64,000 bases of DNA from an uncultured Bifidobacteriaceae bacterium (GTDB taxonomy: Bacteria > Verrucomicrobiota > Verrucomicrobiia > Limisphaerales > UBA11358). Positions 28,933-37,499 of this stretch are shown one piece after another; the stretch's first letter is position 1, and every line of letters starts with the position of its first letter. Under the pieces are notes generated by a model. The model saw only the letters and a program-made list of their open reading frames with translations, was not told the DNA's origin and made no database searches. The stretch is from contig CAZHXG010000006.1 of the NCBI GenBank assembly GCA_964536285.1, positions 2,303 to 66,302 of the forward strand. Direction: 5' to 3'. A program made the position numbers and the translations under genes.

Positions 28933-29691
28933 TTAAACTTGTTTGGTAATCCAATCGTAACCCTTTGCCTCGAGTTCGAGCGCAAGTTCCTTGCCGCCGG
29001 ACTTCACGATGCGACCGTCCGCGAGAACGTGGACGAAATCCGGCACGATGAAATTCAGCAGCCGCTGATAATGCGTGATGACGAGTTGCGCGCTGTCGGC
29101 ACGCTTCAATTTGTTGACGCCGCCCGCGACGATGCGCAGCGCGTCAATGTCGAGGCCGGAATCCGTTTCGTCGAGGATGGCGAGCTTCGGTTCGAGCACG
29201 GCCATCTGGAAAATTTCGTTGCGTTTTTTTTCGCCGCCGGAAAAACCTTCATTCACCGAGCGCTTGAGCAAATCCTCGTTGAGTTCGAGCAGTTTGATCT
29301 TGTCTTTGACGAGTTCCAGAAAATCAATCGCGTCGAGTTCCGGCTGGCCTTTCGATTTGCGGATTTCGTTCAGCGCGGCCTTCAGAAAATAAGTGCTGTT
29401 CACGCCGGGAATCTCGACCGGATATTGGAACGCGAGAAAAACGCCTTCGCGCGCGCGTTCCTCGGGATCGAGTTCGAGGAGGTCGTGGCCGAGGTAATTG
29501 ACCGAGCCGCCGGTCACGTCGTAACCGTCGCGTCCGGCCAGCACTGCGGCGAGCGTGCTTTTGCCGCTGCCGTTCGGGCCCATGACGGCGTGGACTTCGC
29601 CCGCACCAATGGTGAGGCTGACGCCTTTTAAAATTTCTTTGTCTTCCACACCCGCGTGCAGATTTTTGATTTCAAGTATTGGTTTGCTCAT
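28933..29691 (-). CDS. sufC: Fe-S assembly ATPase SufC
   Basis: GPNGSGKSTL, FLAFQYPVEIPGV, RSVNEGFSGGEKKRNE, LDETDSGLDIDAL, ITHYQRLL. Confidence 0.97.
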   Translation of the reverse strand: MSKPILEIKNLHAGVEDKEILKGVSLTIGAGEVHAVMGPNGSGKSTLAAVLAGRDGYDVTGGSVNYLGHDLLELDPEERAREGVFLAFQYPVEIPGVNSTYFLKAALNEIRKSKGQPELDAIDFLELVKDKIKLLELNEDLLKRSVNEGFSGGEKKRNEIFQMAVLEPKLAILDETDSGLDIDALRIVAGGVNKLKRADSAQLVITHYQRLLNFIVPDFVHVLADGRIVKSGGKELALELEAKGYDWITKQV

Positions 29692-29706
29692 TTGTTAAAT
29701 TTTTTT

Positions 29707-29784
29707 AGCCACAGATTCTCACAGATGAAACACAGATTTCCGCAAAAAATTCTTATCTGTGAAAATCTGTGTTCATCTGTGGCT
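29707..29784. repeat. Palindromic element with three CACAGAT units per arm, between sufB and sufC
   Basis: AGCCACAGATtctCACAGATgaaaCACAGAT...ATCTGTGaaaATCTGTGttcATCTGTGGCT. Confidence 0.85.
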
Positions 29785-29788
29785 TTAA

Positions 29789-31237
29789 TCAGCCGACGCT
29801 TCCTTCCAGACTCACGCCCAGAAGTTTCTGCGCTTCGACGGCGAATTCCATGGGCAGTTCCTTGAACACTTCCTTGCAAAAGCCGTTCACGATCATGTTC
29901 ACGGCGTCCTGTGTCGCGAGGCCGCGCTGGTTGCAGTAAAAAATCTGGTCTTCGCCGATTTTGGAGGTCGAGGCTTCGTGCTCGACGCTCGCCGACGTGT
30001 TCTTCACCTCGATGTAGGGAAACGTGTGCGCGCCGCATTTGTTGCCGATGAGCATCGAGTCGCATTGCGAAAAATTGCGCGCATTCGTCGCGGTCTTCTG
30101 GATTTTGACGAGGCCGCGATAACTATTTTGGCCGTGCCCAGCGGAAATGCCTTTCGAGACGATCGTGCTGCGCGTGTTCTTGCCGATGTGCGTCATCTTC
30201 GTGCCGGTATCGGCTTGCTGATAATTGTTCGTCACGGCGACGGAATAAAATTCGCCGATGGAATTGTCGCCGAGCAAAACGCAGCTCGGATATTTCCAAG
30301 TGATGGCCGAGCCGGTCTCGACTTGCGTCCAGGAAATTTTCGAGTTCCTGCCTTTGCACAATCCGCGCTTGGTCACGAAATTGTAAATGCCGCCTTTGCC
30401 GTTCTCGTCGCCGGGATACCAGTTCTGCACGGTCGAATATTTTATCGAGGCATTGTCGAGCGCGATAAGTTCAACGACCGCCGCGTGCAATTGATTTTCG
30501 TCGCGCATCGGCGCGGTGCAACCTTCGAGATAACTCACCGAGGCACCGGCATCGGCCACGATGAGCGTGCGCTCGAACTGGCCGGTGTTGGCGGCGTTGA
30601 TGCGGAAGTAGGTCGAAAGTTCCATCGGACAGCGGACGCCTTTCGGGATGTAGCAGAACGAACCGTCGGTGAAGACGGCGGAATTCAGCGCGGCAAAAAA
30701 ATTGTCCGTGTAAGGCACGACCATGCCGAGATATTTTCGGACGAGTTCGGGATGTTCCTGCACCGCCTCGGTGAACGAGCAGAAGATGACGCCCTTCTCG
30801 GCGAGCTGTTTTTTGAAAGTCGTGCCGACAGACACGGAATCAAAAATCGCGTCCACCGCCACGCCAGCGAGTCGTTCGCGTTCGCGCAACGGAATGCCGA
30901 GCTTCTCGTAAGTCTCCAGCAACTTCGGATCAACTTCGTCGAGACTCTTCGGCGCGTTCTTTTTCGGCTTCGGCTGCGAAAAGTAAACGATGTCCTGATA
31001 ATTTATTTTCTCGTGATGCGCTTTTTGCCACGTCGGCTCGGTCATTGTCAGCCAATGACGATAGGCCTTGAGCCGCCAGTCGGTCAGCCATTCCGGTTCG
31101 TTCTTCTTGCGCGAGATCATGCGGATGGTGTCCTCGCTCAATCCCGGCGGCGCGGATTCGGTCTCCACGTCGGTGACGAAACCGTATTTGTATTCCGTCT
31201 TGACCAAATCTTCGATGGTGTCGGTTGCTGTCGGCAT
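29789..31237 (-). CDS. sufB: Fe-S assembly scaffold SufB
   Basis: [72 protein letters not shown]. Confidence 0.97.
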   Translation of the reverse strand: MPTATDTIEDLVKTEYKYGFVTDVETESAPPGLSEDTIRMISRKKNEPEWLTDWRLKAYRHWLTMTEPTWQKAHHEKINYQDIVYFSQPKPKKNAPKSLDEVDPKLLETYEKLGIPLRERERLAGVAVDAIFDSVSVGTTFKKQLAEKGVIFCSFTEAVQEHPELVRKYLGMVVPYTDNFFAALNSAVFTDGSFCYIPKGVRCPMELSTYFRINAANTGQFERTLIVADAGASVSYLEGCTAPMRDENQLHAAVVELIALDNASIKYSTVQNWYPGDENGKGGIYNFVTKRGLCKGRNSKISWTQVETGSAITWKYPSCVLLGDNSIGEFYSVAVTNNYQQADTGTKMTHIGKNTRSTIVSKGISAGHGQNSYRGLVKIQKTATNARNFSQCDSMLIGNKCGAHTFPYIEVKNTSASVEHEASTSKIGEDQIFYCNQRGLATQDAVNMIVNGFCKEVFKELPMEFAVEAQKLLGVSLEGSVG

Positions 31238-31252
31238 ATCAAATTTTGAAAC

Positions 31253-31684
31253 TTATTTTTTCTTCGCGCACTCGGCGCAAATGCCGTGAACGGCGATATC
31301 GTAATGATCTACTTTGAAACCCTTCGGGCGCGGCATGACAGTCGAATCGGTCGGCAGCGCAACGTCAAAAACCTCGCCACACGAATCGCAGTAATAATGG
31401 CAATGTTCCTCCATGTTCGGGCAAAAGCGCGTCGCGCCGCGTTCGAGTTGAACCTGACGAACCAAACCGCATTTTACGAGTGCGTCAAGCGTATTGTAAA
31501 CCGTCGCGTGGGAAATTTCCGGCATCGTCTTCTTTGTGCGAATGAAAACTTCCTCGGCGGTTGGATGATCGCGCTTGTGCAGGATCACGTCGTAGACATG
31601 CTGGCGCTGCGGCGTGAAACGAAAGCCGATTGTGCTCAAACGTTCGCTCAATTCGCCGTTCGATTTTTTTCCGGCCAAATTCAT
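31253..31684 (-). CDS. Fur-family (PerR/Irr-like) transcriptional repressor
   Basis: RFTPQR, DHPTAEE, ATVYNTL, HCHYYCDSC and CAEC Zn-site motifs. Confidence 0.92.
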   Translation of the reverse strand: MNLAGKKSNGELSERLSTIGFRFTPQRQHVYDVILHKRDHPTAEEVFIRTKKTMPEISHATVYNTLDALVKCGLVRQVQLERGATRFCPNMEEHCHYYCDSCGEVFDVALPTDSTVMPRPKGFKVDHYDIAVHGICAECAKKK

Positions 31685-31692
31685 TCGCGTCC

Positions 31693-31721
31693 AGAATAAG
31701 CGCGAACCCGAAGCGGGTCAA
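31693..31721 (-). promoter_or_regulatory. Sigma70 promoter of the fur-sufBC operon
   Basis: TTGACC-17 bp-TATTCT, then 8 nt, then ATG. Confidence 0.75.
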
Positions 31722-31722
31722 G

Positions 31723-31741
31723 ATTTAGAATAATTCTAAAT
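31723..31741. promoter_or_regulatory. Fur-family operator (ICE/Per-box-like)
   Basis: Perfect 9-1-9 palindrome ATTTAGAATAATTCTAAAT, 1 bp from the -35 box. Confidence 0.85.
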
Positions 31742-31758
31742 TGGAGTCGTTCTGCGAA

Positions 31759-32370
31759 TCACTTCCGGAAAACGCTGACGCGGGCGGGCGGGAAATTCAT
31801 CCAGACGACTTTCGAGGCGAGGAGTTGAAAACTTGAAGCGCCGCGCGCCTGACCCTTGCCAAGGTGATAGCTGTATTGCACCCAATTTCCACGCGGTTGT
31901 AAAATCGCGCGGATTTTTTGTGCAAGCACTTCGGCTTCCTCCGGCGGAAAATTCAGGAGCGGCAGGCTGGAAATGACGGCGCCGACGCTTCCGATCGGTT
32001 CGCGACGTTCGCGAAGCAGATCGTCCAGATGCCATGCGTCGCCGGTGATGATGTGCGCGTTGGGAAAACGTTTGCGGAGCAGGCGCGCCATCGTCGGGTT
32101 GTTTTCGATGGCCACAAGCCGGTCTTCACGCAGGCCGCGCTCGATGAGCGCCTCCGTGACCGCGCCCGTGCCAGGACCGAGTTCGAGGACGAAACTTTCC
32201 GGATCGGACGGAAGCCAGTGCGCCATCGCCGCCGCGAGTTTCGGCGAACTCGGCGCGACCGAGCCCGTTCGTTGCGGATTGGCGAACCATTCCCGCAGAA
32301 ACAAGCCTGAATCACTCAACGCCGCGATAAGTTTTTTTGCCATGACAATGCGAATTGTCGTTCGCTCCAA
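31759..32370 (-). CDS. SAM-dependent lipid N-methyltransferase, PmtA/OlsG-like
   Basis: FLREWFANPQRTGSVAPSS...LA, VLELGPGTGAVT, SSLPLLNFP, QYSY, NFPPARV. True start may be 32343. Confidence 0.8.
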   Translation of the reverse strand: MERTTIRIVMAKKLIAALSDSGLFLREWFANPQRTGSVAPSSPKLAAAMAHWLPSDPESFVLELGPGTGAVTEALIERGLREDRLVAIENNPTMARLLRKRFPNAHIITGDAWHLDDLLRERREPIGSVGAVISSLPLLNFPPEEAEVLAQKIRAILQPRGNWVQYSYHLGKGQARGASSFQLLASKVVWMNFPPARVSVFRK

Positions 32371-32434
32371 TTCTCAAGCGCCAGAATAATCCAACTGAAC
32401 CAACGCCGCAAACTTTACTTTGTGACAAATTCCA

Positions 32435-33217
32435 TCAACTGCTCTTCGACGGTGTCGTGTTGATTTTTTCGTCAAGTTTTCTGCGCAAATCGTCGCGGCG
32501 CGTTGACCAGTCAGCCCAGCCTTGTTCCCACGCTTCGCCGGTGAAATTCGTCTGCGCCTTCGACCAAATCAAATCAAGCGCGTTCAATTCCGTGTTTGCG
32601 TGGTCGGGCTCGTTCCAAGTCAAATATGATTCGGCAAGGTTCAAAATATTTTCAGGATAATCCGGCGCGAGTTTCACGGCCTGCTCCAAAAAGCTTCGCG
32701 CCTTGCGCTTGTCGCCGATGCTTGCCGGCCAGCCGGGCGCTTCCCGGTAAAGCAACCCAAGATTTCGTTCCGGCCCGGCGTAATCAAAATGTTTGTCCAG
32801 ACTCGCCGTGGTTTTGAATTCGCGCTCCATTTCCCTGACGAGCTCGAGCGCGCCGATCAATTCCGTGCGCGCGAGCTGGCCGAGATTCATGCCCAGATAA
32901 TAATGCGCCGGTGCCGACTTCGGCTCGTGCGCGATGAGTTGGCGGCACGCGGCGATGCCGTCGCCGGCGATCGCGGCGCGTTCGGCATCGTTCGTGGCAA
33001 AATCCGCGAAATCAAAACATGTACGCGCGAACTGCCACGCGTTGGCGGAGTTGTTTGTGTCCGATCGGAATTGCTTTTGCGCCTGGAAAAATTCAGCCTC
33101 GGCTCGCGCCCCAAAAACATTGTTTGTTGTCACATCGGCAAAAGCAATTCCGGCGGTGGCCAAAAATAGCATTGCGGCAGCCAATTTAAGTTTGGTTTTG
33201 GAATTAGAAGTTGCCAT
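32435..33217 (-). CDS. Secreted TPR-like helical protein (TatT-like)
   Basis: Signal peptide ending AFA; helical repeats with AHYYLGMNLG, YAGPERNLGLLYREAPGWP.SIGD, LEQAVKLAPDYPEN. Confidence 0.75.
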   Translation of the reverse strand: MATSNSKTKLKLAAAMLFLATAGIAFADVTTNNVFGARAEAEFFQAQKQFRSDTNNSANAWQFARTCFDFADFATNDAERAAIAGDGIAACRQLIAHEPKSAPAHYYLGMNLGQLARTELIGALELVREMEREFKTTASLDKHFDYAGPERNLGLLYREAPGWPASIGDKRKARSFLEQAVKLAPDYPENILNLAESYLTWNEPDHANTELNALDLIWSKAQTNFTGEAWEQGWADWSTRRDDLRRKLDEKINTTPSKSS

Positions 33218-33238
33218 CGCGTCGGGTTGTTTTATAAT
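33211..33238 (+). promoter_or_regulatory. Sigma70 promoter of the lipoprotein-hpnH-hpnJ unit, leaderless geometry
   Basis: TTGCCA-16 bp-TATAAT, then 6 nt, then GTG at 33245. The -35 box overlaps the ATG of the divergent TPR gene. Confidence 0.7.
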
Positions 33239-33244
33239 CGGCTA

Positions 33245-33457
33245 GTGAGATTAAACTGGAATTTGGCGCGGCTGGCAATGCTGGCGGCATTTGCGCTGCC
33301 GGTCGCCGGTTGCAGCGGCATCAATGCCGGCACGAGTGTTTCGCCTGCGGATTTTTTTTTGCCGGGGGCGGGACACTTTCTGAAGGCTGACCCGTCTGCA
33401 ACCAATGCGCCGGATTCATTTCCTGAAATCTCCGCCGAGGTTGCTTTAATCAAATAA
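33245..33457 (+). CDS. Small putative lipoprotein upstream of hpnH
   Basis: 70 aa from GTG: MRLNWNLARLAMLAAFALPVAG|C with lipobox; stop 8 bp before hpnH. Confidence 0.65.
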   Translation: MRLNWNLARLAMLAAFALPVAGCSGINAGTSVSPADFFLPGAGHFLKADPSATNAPDSFPEISAEVALIK

Positions 33458-33465
33458 ATAAATTT

Positions 33466-34881
33466 ATGCGTTTCCCATTCGCGCTGACAAAAAAAATCGC
33501 GAGCCACATCATCAAGCACAAACTACGCAAGACGCCGAAATTCGCGATGGTCTTGCAGCTTGAGCCGCTGCACACCTGCAATCTCACCTGCACCGGTTGC
33601 GGACGCATCCGCGAATATTCCACGTCGCTCAAGGACATGGTTCCGCTCGAACAATGTTTGCAAGCTGCTGTCGAATGCGATGCGCCGATGGTTTCCATTT
33701 GCGGCGGCGAACCGCTAATTTATCCGAAGATTGAGGAATTGATCAACGGGCTGCTCGAGCAAGGCCGGGTCATTTACGTCTGCACGAACGGGATGTTCAT
33801 GCGCAAAAAAATGCGCGATTATCTCGCGGCAATTTATTCGCCGGCGATTGAGCCGAAGTTGAAAAAGCTGCTCGCCGGAAAATTGATTACGGAAAAGGAA
33901 GCCGAAGTCATCCGCAAATCCGACGACTCAGCAAAAAAGAAAGTCGTCATTCGTCCGACGCAATGGATGTATTGGAACGTCCACGTTGACGGTCTGGAAT
34001 TCACGCATGATTTGATCGTCGAGCGCGAAGGCGTGTTCAAGGAATGTGTTGAAGCCATCAAGATGGCGAAGATCATCGGCTATCAGGTCGCGACGAACAC
34101 GACGGTTTATCGCGAGACCGAAGTGCAGGAAATCGAGGACATGTTCAAGTATTTGAGCTCGCTCGAAGTGGACGGCCATACGATTTCGCCCGGCTATGAT
34201 TATGATGCCGCCAAGAAAGACATGGTCAAGCGTCTCGGCCGCGACCCGAAGGAATTTTTCCTGACGCGCGACATGACGCGCCAGAAATTTGCGAAAATCC
34301 AGGAATGGGGCAAGGCGTTCACGATTTTCGGCACGCCGGTCTATCAGGAATTTCTCGCCGGCAAACGCGAGCTGACCTGCACCGCGTGGGCGATTCCGAC
34401 GTTCAACGTCAAGGGCTGGAAAGCGCCGTGCTATTTGATGACCGACGGCCACTATTCCGGCTATCAGGAAATGCTCACGAAAGTGCAATGGGAAAAATAC
34501 GGCGTCGTCAACGGCGTCGCGCGCGACCCGCGCTGCGAACATTGCATGGTTCACTGCGGTTACGATCCGAGCGGCGCGCTCGGCACGAATTATCAATCCG
34601 GCGACAACTGGAAAAATTTTAAATATAACTTCGGCTCAAAACCGAAACCGTATCCGTCCTCGCCGGAACTGGCGAAGCGCGCATTCAACGGCGTGACCAT
34701 CGGCAAAGGCCATCTGGCCGAGGCGAAGGCCGCGATCAATTCGCCCGCCGCTGACGCGCGCGGCGCGTTCTCGAACGAAGTCCACCACGAGTCGCACGTC
34801 GGCAGTTCCTGCGGCACGACTGACACCAGCGAGCGCGATGAGTTGCTGGCGAAAATCAAAGACGCGAAAAAGTCTGAATAA
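33466..34881 (+). CDS. hpnH: Adenosyl-hopene transferase (radical SAM)
   Basis: LEPLHTCNLTCTGC, SICGGEPLIYP, CTAWAIPT, CYLMTDGHY, DPRCEHCMVHCGYD. Confidence 0.93.
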   Translation: MRFPFALTKKIASHIIKHKLRKTPKFAMVLQLEPLHTCNLTCTGCGRIREYSTSLKDMVPLEQCLQAAVECDAPMVSICGGEPLIYPKIEELINGLLEQGRVIYVCTNGMFMRKKMRDYLAAIYSPAIEPKLKKLLAGKLITEKEAEVIRKSDDSAKKKVVIRPTQWMYWNVHVDGLEFTHDLIVEREGVFKECVEAIKMAKIIGYQVATNTTVYRETEVQEIEDMFKYLSSLEVDGHTISPGYDYDAAKKDMVKRLGRDPKEFFLTRDMTRQKFAKIQEWGKAFTIFGTPVYQEFLAGKRELTCTAWAIPTFNVKGWKAPCYLMTDGHYSGYQEMLTKVQWEKYGVVNGVARDPRCEHCMVHCGYDPSGALGTNYQSGDNWKNFKYNFGSKPKPYPSSPELAKRAFNGVTIGKGHLAEAKAAINSPAADARGAFSNEVHHESHVGSSCGTTDTSERDELLAKIKDAKKSE

Positions 34882-34913
34882 TTTTTGGAGAGCGAAAATT
34901 TTTTGGAATCTAA

Positions 34914-36365
34914 ATGAGCAAAACACTTTATCTTTCACCACCAAGTTTTGACGGTTTTGACGGTGGCGCCGGCGCGCGTTATCAGGCGCGGCGCGAAGTC
35001 ACCAGCTATTGGTATCCGACGTGGCTCGCGCAACCCGCCGCGCTCACGCCGAATTCCAAACTGCTCGACTGTCCGCCGCACGACATTGATTTGAAAAAAT
35101 GTCTGGCGATTGCGAAGGATTACAACCACGTCATCATCAACACGTCCACGCCGTCGCTGAAAAACGATTGCAAAGTCGCCGAAGCCATCAAGGCGCAGCG
35201 GCCCGACACGAAAATTGGTTTCGTCGGCGCGCACACGATGGTTTTGCCAACCGAAACGTTGAAAGCATCACCCGCGATTGACTGGGTCGGGCGCAAGGAA
35301 TTTGATTTCACTTGCAAGGAAGTCGCCGAAGATCGCGACTTCGCGACCATCGCCGGTTTGTCCTACAAAAATCGTGACGGAAAAATCGTCCACAATCCGG
35401 AGCGCGAAATGATTCAGGACATGGACACGCTGCCGTGGGTGGCGGACGTCTACAAACGCGATTTGCAGATCGAAAAATATTTCATCGGTTACCTGCTGCA
35501 TCCGTATATTTCGATGTATACGGGCCGCGGCTGTCCGGCGCAATGCACGTTCTGCCTCTGGCCGCAGACGATTGGCGGACACAAATATCGCGTCCGTTCG
35601 CCGCAAAATGTCGCCGACGAAATGGCCTACATGAAGAAAATTTTTCCGCAGGTGCGCGAATTTTTCTTTGACGACGACACATTCACCGCGAATCTCCCGC
35701 GCGCCCGCGAAATTGCCAAGAAGCTTGCGCCGCTCGGCGTCCACTGGAGCTGCAACAGCCGCGCGAACCTTGACTACGACACGATAAAATCTTTCAAGGA
35801 CAACGGCCTGCGTTTGTTCCTGGTCGGCTACGAAAGTGGCAACGATGACATTCTGACGCGCATCAAAAAAGGCGTAACGATGGACGAAATGCGCCGCTTC
35901 ACGAAAGATTGCCATCGCGCGGGCGTCGTCATTCACGGCACGTTCATTTTAGGTTTGCCGGTGGAAACGAAACAGTCCATCGAGAACACGATCAATTTTG
36001 CGAAGGAACTTGACGTGTTCTCGCTGCAAGTTTCACTCGCCGCGCCGTATCCGGGCACGGAACTTTACGAAATGGCGAAACAAAACGGCTGGTTCGTGAA
36101 GAAGGACAAAACGGATTTGGTCGAGAGCGACGGTCTGCAACAGAGCACGCTTGAATATCCCGGTTTGGACAAGGATAAAATTTTCGAGGAAGTGGATCGT
36201 TTTTATCGCACGTATTATCTGCGCCCGAAGCCGATTTTGCGCATCATCAAAACGATGCTCGAGGACAAGGACATTTTGGTCCGCCGCTGCCGCGAAGGTT
36301 ACGAATTTTTCAACAGCCTGCGCCAGCGCAAGAGCGATCTTGCAGCCGCGAAAGCCGCCGCCTGA
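34914..36365 (+). CDS. hpnJ: Hopanoid-associated radical SAM protein
   Basis: PPSFDGFDGGAGARYQARRE..S.WYPTWLAQPAAL; GRGCPAQCTFCLWPQTIGGH. Confidence 0.93.
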   Translation: MSKTLYLSPPSFDGFDGGAGARYQARREVTSYWYPTWLAQPAALTPNSKLLDCPPHDIDLKKCLAIAKDYNHVIINTSTPSLKNDCKVAEAIKAQRPDTKIGFVGAHTMVLPTETLKASPAIDWVGRKEFDFTCKEVAEDRDFATIAGLSYKNRDGKIVHNPEREMIQDMDTLPWVADVYKRDLQIEKYFIGYLLHPYISMYTGRGCPAQCTFCLWPQTIGGHKYRVRSPQNVADEMAYMKKIFPQVREFFFDDDTFTANLPRAREIAKKLAPLGVHWSCNSRANLDYDTIKSFKDNGLRLFLVGYESGNDDILTRIKKGVTMDEMRRFTKDCHRAGVVIHGTFILGLPVETKQSIENTINFAKELDVFSLQVSLAAPYPGTELYEMAKQNGWFVKKDKTDLVESDGLQQSTLEYPGLDKDKIFEEVDRFYRTYYLRPKPILRIIKTMLEDKDILVRRCREGYEFFNSLRQRKSDLAAAKAAA

Positions 36366-36422
36366 CCCGGATTTTGCCGAGTCGCACCCGCAACACAAAC
36401 CATCAACCAAAAGGATTCCGCC

Positions 36423-36647
36423 ATGGAAACGACCGAAGAAAAAAAGTGTTGTGAAACCAAGAAATGCTGCTGCTTCTGCCACAAAGCGCCCGGCTTGCTG
36501 ATTGTCCTGATCGGCGTCGCTATCCTGCTGGGCGTGCTCGACGTGATAAGAGGGAAAGCCGAGTGGATCACCATCGCAATCCTCATCATCCTGCTCGGAT
36601 GCAAGAAAATGTGCGGCGGCAAATGCAAGTGCTGTGACAAGGCATAG
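36423..36647 (+). CDS. Cys-rich small membrane protein
   Basis: 74 aa, 11 Cys clustered at both ends around two hydrophobic helices; AAGGA Shine-Dalgarno-like site upstream; followed by a terminator. Confidence 0.75.
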   Translation: METTEEKKCCETKKCCCFCHKAPGLLIVLIGVAILLGVLDVIRGKAEWITIAILIILLGCKKMCGGKCKCCDKA

Positions 36648-36670
36648 GCAGTTTCATTTTAAAAACACAC

Positions 36671-36701
36671 AGGCGCGTCAACGACGATGCGCCTTTTTTT
36701 T
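36671..36701 (+). terminator. Intrinsic terminator
   Basis: AGGCGCGTC-AAC-GACGATGCGCCT bulged stem followed by a T run. Confidence 0.65.
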
Positions 36702-36722
36702 ATTCCCGCCATCGCTCTAAAC

Positions 36723-36989
36723 TTAAGCGCTGACCGGCGATGTCGAAATATTTTCTGCAACCGTGCCGGTTTCACCAACGCCCTTGCCGCGTCCGTGGTC
36801 CAGATTAACGAATTGTTTCGTCTTGGGGATGTAGGCGACGATGTTGAATTTGCCGATGGATTCTTTTTTCGCGGTGTCAAAGGCGACGCCCGTCGTCTTG
36901 AAGCATTTGCCAAGTGAGGCGTTTTTTGTCCATTGGTTGTCGCCGGTGAGATATTCCAGGCTCTCTTCGTTCTCGATCAAGATATTCAT
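36723..36989 (-). CDS. Small hypothetical protein
   Basis: 88 aa from MNILIENEESLEYL; the upstream part of the ORF-track ORF overlaps the arfB-like gene. Confidence 0.6.
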   Translation of the reverse strand: MNILIENEESLEYLTGDNQWTKNASLGKCFKTTGVAFDTAKKESIGKFNIVAYIPKTKQFVNLDHGRGKGVGETGTVAENISTSPVSA

Positions 36990-37077
36990 GAACAGACAAG
37001 TTACCAGATTTCTGCGAAGAGCACGCATACAATCGGAGATTATATTTCCGTCTGACGGCCCGGCGGCACCTTCGTCT

Positions 37078-37491
37078 TTATTCCAACGCGACTGGCCGGC
37101 GCGCGGATTTCTTTTCGGCGTGACGGGATTTGTCGGCGAGCATTTTGTTTTTTGCGCGCCGGGAACGTTTGCGTTTTTGCCGGCGGATTTTTTCGATCTC
37201 GGCGCGTTTCGCGGCCACAAAACCGTTTTTCATCGCTTCAATCTTGTCGAGCAACAATCGGCGGGCGATGAAGCGGTTGAGTCCCTGCTGTCGCGTCTCC
37301 TGGCATTTGACCTGCAAACCGGTCGGACAATGCAGCAGCATGACGCAGGTGGAAGTTTTGTTGACGTTCTGTCCGCCGTGGCCGCCGGAGCGGACGAAAC
37401 TTTCCTCGATGTCCGCCTCGCGCACGCCCAGCGCGGCCATTCGTTGCGCGAGATGGCTTTCCTTTTCTACGCTGACGGGAAATGCGCCCAT
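37078..37491 (-). CDS. arfB: Peptidyl-tRNA hydrolase / ribosome rescue factor, ArfB(YaeJ)-like
   Basis: SGGHGGQNVNKTSTCV (GGQ motif), CQETRQQGLNR, very basic C-terminal tail. Start at MGAFPV. Confidence 0.8.
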   Translation of the reverse strand: MGAFPVSVEKESHLAQRMAALGVREADIEESFVRSGGHGGQNVNKTSTCVMLLHCPTGLQVKCQETRQQGLNRFIARRLLLDKIEAMKNGFVAAKRAEIEKIRRQKRKRSRRAKNKMLADKSRHAEKKSARRPVALE

Positions 37492-37499
37492 GCTAAAAT

